From: Auanema rhodensis
Taxonomy: Eukaryota > Animalia > Nematoda
Direction of reading: 5' to 3'
NCBI GenBank assembly: GCA_964057225.1
Contig: OZ059897.1
Span: 19,468,001-19,532,000 of the forward strand
Length of the DNA stretch: 64,000 nucleotides
The translations under genes and the position numbers were made by a program. The notes under the pieces are model-generated. The model worked only from the letters and a program-made list of their open reading frames with translations, was not told the origin of the DNA and ran no database searches. Of this stretch, positions 54,760 through 64,000 are shown piece by piece (the first letter of the stretch is position 1; every line of letters starts with the position of its first letter).

Positions 54760-57700
54760 TTAGTTATGATCGTTTGAAAAATGATGCATTAGTGTATGTT
54801 GAGTTTCCATGTACACTCAACATTGCTTCCAAAAACATTTTGACAAAAATTTTTTCGAAAAATTTCAAAATAAATTTAGCAAAAAGTAGATGTTTTAAGA
54901 TTCCATTTTTCAAGGCAAAGACGATGGACAATGTTATTCAACGAAAAAATTAATTCTTCAGGGTGAAAATCGAGGATATAAGTGTGAACTTATATCAGTT
55001 GATATCTCGGTGCTTTTTTAAGCTAGCGCAAATCTGATAACACAGATCGACGCAGCTTAAAAATCCGCATCGAATGCACTATACTACATTGAGAAAAACT
55101 TAATACAAAAATTAGTTATGATCGTTTGAAAAATGATGCATTAGTGTATGTTGAGTTTCCATGTACACTCAACATTGCTTCCAAAAACATTTTGACAAAA
55201 ATTTTTTCGAAAAATTTCAAAATAATTTAGCAAAAAGTAGATGTTTTTAGATTCCATTTTTCAAGGCAAAGACGATGGACAATGTTATTCAAGGAAAAAG
55301 TTAATTCTTCAGGGTGAAAATCGAGGATATAAGTGTGAACTTATATCAGTTGATATCTCGGTGCATTTTTAAGCTAGCGCAAATCTGAAAACACAGATCG
55401 ACGCAGCTTAAAAATCCGCATCGAATGCACTATACTACATTGAGAAAAACTTAATACAAAAATTAGTTATGATCGTTTGAAAAATGATGCATTAGTGTAT
55501 GTTGAGTTTCCATGTACACTCAACATTGCTTCCAAAAACATTTTGACAAAAATTTTTTCGAAAAATTTCAAAATAATTTAGCAAAAAGTAGATGTTTTAA
55601 GATTCCATTTTTCAAGGCAAAGACGATGGACAATGTTATTCAACGAAAAAATTAATTCTTCAGGGTGAAAATCGAGGATATAAGTGTGAACTTATATCAG
55701 TTGATATCTCGGTGCATTTTTAAGCTAGCGCAAATCTGAAAACACAGATCGACGCAGCTTAAAAATCCGCATCGAATGCACTATACTACATTGAGAAAAA
55801 CTTAATACAAAAATTAGTTATGATCGTTTGAAAAATGATGCATTAGTGTATGTTGAGTTTCCATGTACACTCAACATTGCTTCCAAAAACATTTTGACAA
55901 AAATTTTTTCGAAAAATTTCAAAATAATTTAGCAAAAAGTAGATGTTTTTAGATTCCTTTTTTCAAGGCAAAGACGATGGACAATGTTATTCAACGAAAA
56001 AATTATTTCTTCAGGGTGAAAATCGAGGATATAAGTGTGAACTTATATCAGTTGATATCTCGGTGCATTTTTAAGCTAGCGCAAATCTGATAACACAGAT
56101 CGACGCAGCTTAAAAATCCGCATCGAATGCACTATATTACATTGAAAAACGCTTAATACAAGAATTAGTTATGATCGTTTGAAAAATGATGCATTAGTGT
56201 ATGTTGAGTTTCCATGTACACTCAACATTGCTTCCAAAAACATTTTGACAAAAATTTTTTCGAAAAATTTCAAAATAATTTAGCAAAAAGTAGATGTTTT
56301 TAGATTCCTTTTTTCAAGGCAAAGACGATGGACAATGTTATTCAACGAGAAAATTAATTCTTCAGGGTGAAAATCGAGGATATAAGTGTGAACTTATATC
56401 AGTTGATATCTCGGTGCATTTTTAAGCTAGCGCAAATCTGATAACACAGATCGACGCAGCTTAAAAATCCGCATCGAATGCACTATACTACATTGAGAAA
56501 AGCTTAATACAAAAATTAGTTATGATCGTTAGAAAAATGATGCATTAGTGTATGTTGAGTTTCCATGTACACTCAACATTGCTTCCAAAAACATTTTGAC
56601 AAAAATTTTTTCGAAAAATTTCAAAATAATTTAGCAAAAAGTAGATGTTTTTAGATTCCTTTTTTCAAGGCAAAGACGATGGACAATGTTATTCAACGAG
56701 AAAATTAATTCTTCAGGGTGAAAATCGAGGATATAAGTGTGAACTTATATCAGTTGATATCTCGGTGCATTTTTAAGCTAGCGCAAATCTGATAACACAG
56801 ATCGACGCAGCTTAAAAATCCGCATCGAATGCACTATACTACATTGAGAAAAGCTTAATACAAAAATTAGTTATGATCGTTAGAAAAATGATGCATTAGT
56901 GTATGTTGAGTTTCCATGTACACTCAACATTGCTTCCAAAAACATTTTGACAAAAATTTTTTCGAAAAATTTCAAAATAATTTAGCAAAAAGTAGATGTT
57001 TTTAGATTCCTTTTTTCAAGGCAAAGACGATGGACAATGTTATTCAACGAGAAAATTAATTCTTCAGGGTGAAAATTGAGGATATAAGTGTGAACTTATA
57101 TCAGTTGATATCTCGGTGCATTTTTAAGCTAGCGCAAATCTGATAACACAGATCGACGCAGCTTAAAAATCCGCATCGAATGCACTATACTACATTGAGA
57201 AAAGCTTAATACAAAAATTAGTTATGATCGTTAGAAAAATGATGCATTAGTGTATGTTGAGTTTCCATGTACACTCAACATTGCTTCCAAAAACATTTTG
57301 ACAAAAATTTTTTCGAAAAATTTCAAAATAATTTAGCAAAAAGTAGATGTTTTTAGATTCCTTTTTTCAAGGCAAAGACGATGGACAATGTTATTCAACG
57401 AGAAAATTAATTCTTCAGGGTGAAAATCGAGGATATAAGTGTGAACTTATATCAGTTGATATCTCGGTGCATTTTTAAGCTAGCGCAAATCTGATAACAC
57501 AGATCGACGCAGCTTAAAAATCCGCATCGAATGCACTATATTACATTGAGAAACACTTGATACAAAAATTAGTTATGATCGTTTGAAAAATGATGCATTA
57601 GTGTATGTTGAGTTTCCATGTACACTCAACATTGCTTCCAAAAACATTTTGACAAAAATTTTTTCGAAAAATTTCAAAATAAATTTAGCAAAAAGTAGAT

Positions 57701-60000
57701 GTTTTAAGATTCCATTTTTCAAGGCAAAGACGATGGACAATGTTATTCAACGAAAAAATTAATTCTTCAGGGTGAAAATCGAGGATATAAGTGTGAACTT
57801 ATATCAGTTGATATCTCGGTGCTTTTTTAAGCTAGCGCAAATCTGATAACACAGATCGACGCAGCTTAAAAATCCGCATCGAATGCACTATACTACATTG
57901 AGAAAAACTTAATACAAAAATTAGTTATGATCGTTTGAAAAATGATGCATTAGTGTATGTTGAGTTTCCATGTACACTCAACATTGCTTCCAAAAACATT
58001 TTGACAAAAATTTTTTCGAAAAATTTCAAAATAATTTAGCAAAAAGTAGATGTTTTTAGATTCCATTTTTCAAGGCAAAGACGATGGACAATGTTATTCA
58101 AGGAAAAAGTTAATTCTTCAGGGTGAAAATCGAGGATATAAGTGTGAACTTATATCAGTTGATATCTCGGTGCATTTTTAAGCTAGCGCAAATCTGAAAA
58201 CACAGATCGACGCAGCTTAAAAATCCGCATCGAATGCACTATACTACATTGAGAAAAACTTAATACAAAAATTAGTTATGATCGTTTGAAAAATGATGCA
58301 TTAGTGTATGTTGAGTTTCCATGTACACTCAACATTGCTTCCAAAAACATTTTGACAAAAATTTTTTCGAAAAATTTCAAAATAATTTAGCAAAAAGTAG
58401 ATGTTTTAAGATTCCATTTTTCAAGGCAAAGACGATGGACAATGTTATTCAACGAAAAAATTAATTCTTCAGGGTGAAAATCGAGGATATAAGTGTGAAC
58501 TTATATCAGTTGATATCTCGGTGCATTTTTAAGCTAGCGCAAATCTGAAAACACAGATCGACGCAGCTTAAAAATCCGCATCGAATGCACTATACTACAT
58601 TGAGAAAAACTTAATACAAAAATTAGTTATGATCGTTTGAAAAATGATGCATTAGTGTATGTTGAGTTTCCATGTACACTCAACATTGCTTCCAAAAACA
58701 TTTTGACAAAAATTTTTTCGAAAAATTTCAAAATAATTTAGCAAAAAGTAGATGTTTTTAGATTCCTTTTTTCAAGGCAAAGACGATGGACAATGTTATT
58801 CAACGAAAAAATTATTTCTTCAGGGTGAAAATCGAGGATATAAGTGTGAACTTATATCAGTTGATATCTCGGTGCATTTTTAAGCTAGCGCAAATCTGAT
58901 AACACAGATCGACGCAGCTTAAAAATCCGCATCGAATGCACTATATTACATTGAAAAACGCTTAATACAAGAATTAGTTATGATCGTTTGAAAAATGATG
59001 CATTAGTGTATGTTGAGTTTCCATGTACACTCAACATTGCTTCCAAAAACATTTTGACAAAAATTTTTTCGAAAAATTTCAAAATAATTTAGCAAAAAGT
59101 AGATGTTTTTAGATTCCTTTTTTCAAGGCAAAGACGATGGACAATGTTATTCAACGAGAAAATTAATTCTTCAGGGTGAAAATCGAGGATATAAGTGTGA
59201 ACTTATATCAGTTGATATCTCGGTGCATTTTTAAGCTAGCGCAAATCTGATAACACAGATCGACGCAGCTTAAAAATCCGCATCGAATGCACTATACTAC
59301 ATTGAGAAAAGCTTAATACAAAAATTAGTTATGATCGTTAGAAAAATGATGCATTAGTGTATGTTGAGTTTCCATGTACACTCAACATTGCTTCCAAAAA
59401 CATTTTGACAAAAATTTTTTCGAAAAATTTCAAAATAATTTAGCAAAAAGTAGATGTTTTTAGATTCCTTTTTTCAAGGCAAAGACGATGGACAATGTTA
59501 TTCAACGAGAAAATTAATTCTTCAGGGTGAAAATCGAGGATATAAGTGTGAACTTATATCAGTTGATATCTCGGTGCATTTTTAAGCTAGCGCAAATCTG
59601 ATAACACAGATCGACGCAGCTTAAAAATCCGCATCGAATGCACTATACTACATTGAGAAAAGCTTAATACAAAAATTAGTTATGATCGTTAGAAAAATGA
59701 TGCATTAGTGTATGTTGAGTTTCCATGTACACTCAACATTGCTTCCAAAAACATTTTGACAAAAATTTTTTCGAAAAATTTCAAAATAATTTAGCAAAAA
59801 GTAGATGTTTTTAGATTCCTTTTTTCAAGGCAAAGACGATGGACAATGTTATTCAACGAGAAAATTAATTCTTCAGGGTGAAAATCGAGGATATAAGTGT
59901 GAACTTATATCAGTTGATATCTCGGTGCATTTTTAAGCTAGCGCAAATCTGATAACACAGATCGACGCAGCTTAAAAATCCGCATCGAATGCACTATACT
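54760..60000. repeat. Tandem duplication of an 8-monomer block (2809 bp); boundaries approximate
   Basis: caaggaaaaag at 55293/58102 (8x351+1). The taaattt insertion near 54873/57682 and the following ctgaaaac and gagaaaaac variants repeat in the same order. Confidence 0.85.
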
Positions 60001-61079
60001 ACATTGAGAAAAGCTTAATACAAAAATTAGTTATGATCGTTAGAAAAATGATGCATTAGTGTATGTTGAGTTTCCATGTACACTCAACATTGCTTCCAAA
60101 AACATTTTGACAAAAATTTTTTCGAAAAATTTCAAAATAATTTAGCAAAAAGTAGATGTTTTTAGATTCCTTTTTTCAAGGCAAAGACGATGGACAATGT
60201 TATTCAACGAGAAAATTAATTCTTCAGGGTGAAAATTGAGGATATAAGTGTGAACTTATATCAGTTGATATCTCGGTGCATTTTTAAGCTAGCGCAAATC
60301 TGATAACACAGATCGACGCAGCTTAAAAATCCGCATCGAATGCACTATACTACATTGAGAAAAGCTTAATACAAAAATTAGTTATGATCGTTAGAAAAAT
60401 GATGCATTAGTGTATGTTGAGTTTCCATGTACACTCAACATTGCTTCCAAAAACATTTTGACAAAAATTTTTTCGAAAAATTTCAAAATAATTTAGCAAA
60501 AAGTAGATGTTTTTAGATTCCTTTTTTCAAGGCAAAGACGATGGACAATGTTATTCAACGAGAAAATTAATTCTTCAGGGTGAAAATCGAGGATATAAGT
60601 GTGAACTTATATCAGTTGATATCTCGGTGCATTTTTAAGCTAGCGCAAATCTGATAACACAGATCGACGCAGCTTAAAAATCCGCATCGAATGCACTATA
60701 CTACATTGAGAAAAGCTTAATACAAAAATTAGTTATGATCGTTAGAAAAATGATGCATTAGTGTATGTTGAGTTTCCATGTACACTCAACATTGCTTCCA
60801 AAAACATTTTGACAAAAATTTTTTCGAAAAATTTCAAAATAATTTAGCGAAAAGTAGATGTTTTTAGATTCCTTTTTTCAAGGCAAAGACGATAGACAAT
60901 GTTATTCAACGAAAAAGTTAATTCTTCAGGGTGAACATCGAGGATATAAGTGTGAACTTATATCAGTTGATATCTCGGTGCATTTTTAAGCTAGCGCAAA
61001 TCTGATAACACAGATCGACGCAGCTTAAAAATCCGCATCGAATGCACTATACTACATTGAGAAAAGCTTAATACAAAAA

Positions 61080-64000
61080 TTAGTTATGATCGTTAGAAAA
61101 ATGATGCATTAGTGTATGTTGAGTTTCCATGTACACTCAACATTGCTTCCAAAAACATTTTGACAAAAATTTTTTCGAAAAATTTCAAAATAATTTAGCA
61201 AAAAGTAGATGTTTTTAGATTCCTTTTTTCAAGGCAAAGACGATGGACAATGTTATTCAACGAAAAAATTATTTCTTCAGGGTGAAAATCGAGGATATAA
61301 GTGTGAACTTATATCAGTTGATATCTCGGTGCATTTTTAAGCTAGCGCAAATCTGATAACACAGATCGACGCAGCTTAAAAATCCGCATCGAATGCACTA
61401 TATTACATTGAAAAACGCTTAATACAAGAATTAGTTATGATCGTTTGAAAAATGATGCATTAGTGTATGTTGAGTTTCCATGTACACTCAACATTGCTTC
61501 CAAAAACATTTTGACCAAAATTTTTTCGAAAAATTTCAAAATAATTTAGCAAAAAGTAGATGTTTTTAGATTCCTTTTTTCAAGGCAAAGACGATGGACA
61601 ATGTTATTCAACGAGAAAATTAATTCTTCAGGGTGAAAATCGAGGATATAAGTGTGAACTTATATCAGTTGATATCTCGGTGCATTTTTAAGCTAGCGCA
61701 AATCTGATAACACAGATCGACGCAGCTTAAAAATCCGCATCGAATGCACTATACTACATTGAGAAAAGCTTAATACAAAAATTAGTTATGATCGTTAGAA
61801 AAATGATGCATTAGTGTATGTTGAGTTTCCATGTACACTCAACATTGCTTCCAAAAACATTTTGACAAAAATTTTTTCGAAAAATTTCAAAATAATTTAC
61901 CAAAAAGTAGATGTTTTTAGATTCCATTTTTCAAGGCAAAGACGATAGACAATGTTATTCAACGAAAAAGTTAATTCTTCAGGGTGAAAATCGAGGATAT
62001 AAGTGTGAACTTATATCAGTTGATATCTCGGTGCATTTTTAAGCTAGCGCAAATCTGATAACACAGATCGACGCAGCTTAAAAATCCGCATCGAATGCAC
62101 TATATTACATTGAGAAACACTTGATACAAAAATTAGTTATGATCGTTTGAAAAATGATGCATTAGTGTATGTTGAGTTTCCATGTACACTCAACATTGCT
62201 TCCAAAAACATTTTGACAAAAATTTTTTCGAAAAATTTCAAAATAAATTTAGCAAAAAGTAGATGTTTTAAAATTCCATTTTTCAAGGCAAAGACGATGG
62301 ACAATGTTATTCAACGAAAAAATTAATTCTTCAGGGTGAAAATCGAGGATATAAGTGTGAACTTATATCAGTTGATATCTCGGTGCTTTTTTAAGCTAGC
62401 GCAAATCTGATAACACAGATCGACGCAGCTTAAAAATCCGCATCGAATGCACTATACTACATTGAGAAAAACTTAATACAAAAATTAGTTATGATCGTTT
62501 GAAAAATGATGCATTAGTGTATGTTGAGTTTCCATGTACACTCAACATTGCTTCCAAAAACATTTTGACAAAAATTTTTTCGAAAAATTTCAAAATAATT
62601 TAGCAAAAAGTAGATGTTTTTAGATTCCATTTTTCAAGGCAAAGACGATAGACAATGTTATTCAACGAAAAAGTTAATTCTTCAGGGTGAAAATCGAGGA
62701 TATAAGTGTGAACTTATATCAGTTGATATCTCGGTGCATTTTTAAGCTAGCGCAAATCTGATAACACAGATCGACGCAGCTTAAAAATCCGCATCGAATG
62801 CACTATATTACATTGAGAAACACTTGATACAAAAATTAGTTATGATCGTTTGAAAAATGATGCATTAGTGTATGTTGAGTTTCCATGTACACTCAACATT
62901 GCTTCCAAAAACATTTTGACAAAAATTTTTTCGAAAAATTTCAAAATAAATTTAGCAAAAAGTAGATGTTTTAAGATTCCATTTTTCAAGGCAAAGACGA
63001 TGGACAATGTTATTCAACGAAAAAATTAATTCTTCAGGGTGAAAATCGAGGATATAAGTGTGAACTTATATCAGTTGATATCTCGGTGCTTTTTTAAGCT
63101 AGCGCAAATCTGATAACACAGATCGACGCAGCTTAAAAATCCGCATCGAATGCACTATACTACATTGAGAAAAACTTAATACAAAAATTAGTTATGATCG
63201 TTTGAAAAATGATGCATTAGTGTATGTTGAGTTTCCATGTACACTCAACATTGCTTCCAAAAACATTTTGACAAAAATTTTTTCGAAAAATTTCAAAATA
63301 ATTTAGCAAAAAGTAGATGTTTTTAGATTCCATTTTTCAAGGCAAAGACGATGGACAATGTTATTCAAGGAAAAAGTTAATTCTTCAGGGTGAAAATCGA
63401 GGATATAAGTGTGAACTTATATCAGTTGATATCTCGGTGCATTTTTAAGCTAGCGCAAATCTGAAAACACAGATCGACGCAGCTTAAAAATCCGCATCGA
63501 ATGCACTATACTACATTGAGAAAAACTTAATACAAAAATTAGTTATGATCGTTTGAAAAATGATGCATTAGTGTATGTTGAGTTTCCATGTACACTCAAC
63601 ATTGCTTCCAAAAACATTTTGACAAAAATTTTTTCGAAAAATTTCAAAATAATTTAGCAAAAAGTAGATGTTTTAAGATTCCATTTTTCAAGGCAAAGAC
63701 GATGGACAATGTTATTCAACGAAAAAATTAATTCTTCAGGGTGAAAATCGAGGATATAAGTGTGAACTTATATCAGTTGATATCTCGGTGCATTTTTAAG
63801 CTAGCGCAAATCTGAAAACACAGATCGACGCAGCTTAAAAATCCGCATCGAATGCACTATACTACATTGAGAAAAACTTAATACAAAAATTAGTTATGAT
63901 CGTTTGAAAAATGATGCATTAGTGTATGTTGAGTTTCCATGTACACTCAACATTGCTTCCAAAAACATTTTGACAAAAATTTTTTCGAAAAATTTCAAAA
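61080..64000. repeat. Second copy of the block at about 53000-55920 (offset 8076 = 23x351+3)
   Basis: gaccaaaa 53440/61516, agatgttttaaaattcc 54185/62261, caagg 55293/63369. Confidence 0.88.

Larger units (their letters stand above)
1..64000. repeat. Tandem satellite DNA array: 351-bp AT-rich monomer, 182 full copies plus a 116-bp partial, extending beyond both window edges
   Basis: The motif aaaaattagttatgatcg recurs at 1, 352, 703, 1054, 1405, 1755 and so on to 63885. That last start equals 1+182x351+2, matching 3 one-base deletions and 5 one-base insertions. No non-repeat sequence or orientation switch was seen. Confidence 0.99.

Noticed and set aside
1-64000. Giant repetitive ORF, since 351 bp equals 117 codons
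   Set aside because: All six frames have stops in each monomer: + strand TAG 7-9, TAG 36-38, TAA 224-226; - strand stops from tta at 6, 10 and 35.
1-64000. CRISPR array
   Set aside because: Palindromic segments are present, but there are no unique spacers. The whole unit is repeated and no cas genes are present.
1-64000. Pure sequencing or assembly artefact (concatemer)
   Set aside because: Variants form linked haplotypes in position-specific domains and recur at exact monomer multiples, unlike random error. Individual block duplications still need read validation.

Overview
The whole 64-kb window is one uninterrupted head-to-tail satellite DNA array. It has a 351-bp monomer (about 69% A+T; 108 G+C in monomer 1), with 182 complete copies plus a 116-bp partial copy, all in one orientation. 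I see no genes, RNA genes, CRISPR spacers, transposon insertions or inversions, and all six reading frames hit stops in every monomer. Copies differ by only a few substitutions, and I found just eight 1-bp indels. Homogeneity, monomer size and lack of CpG depletion fit a eukaryotic, probably invertebrate, centromeric or pericentromeric satellite; this is inference, and I do not recognise the family. Two kinds of structure stand out. (1) The monomer is dense in dyad symmetry: two perfect 9-bp hairpins half a monomer apart (one with a GNRA loop), a 67-nt long hairpin and a nested A/T palindrome, lying mostly in the least variable parts of the unit. (2) Rare variants record nested block duplications at offsets of 2, 3, 4, 5, 6, 8, 9, 23, 25/26 and 33 monomers, and variant haplotypes are layered into spatial domains. 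I cannot support a new protein-based system here. The best candidate for something undescribed is a structured, cruciform- or RNA-forming satellite with nascent higher-order repeats.
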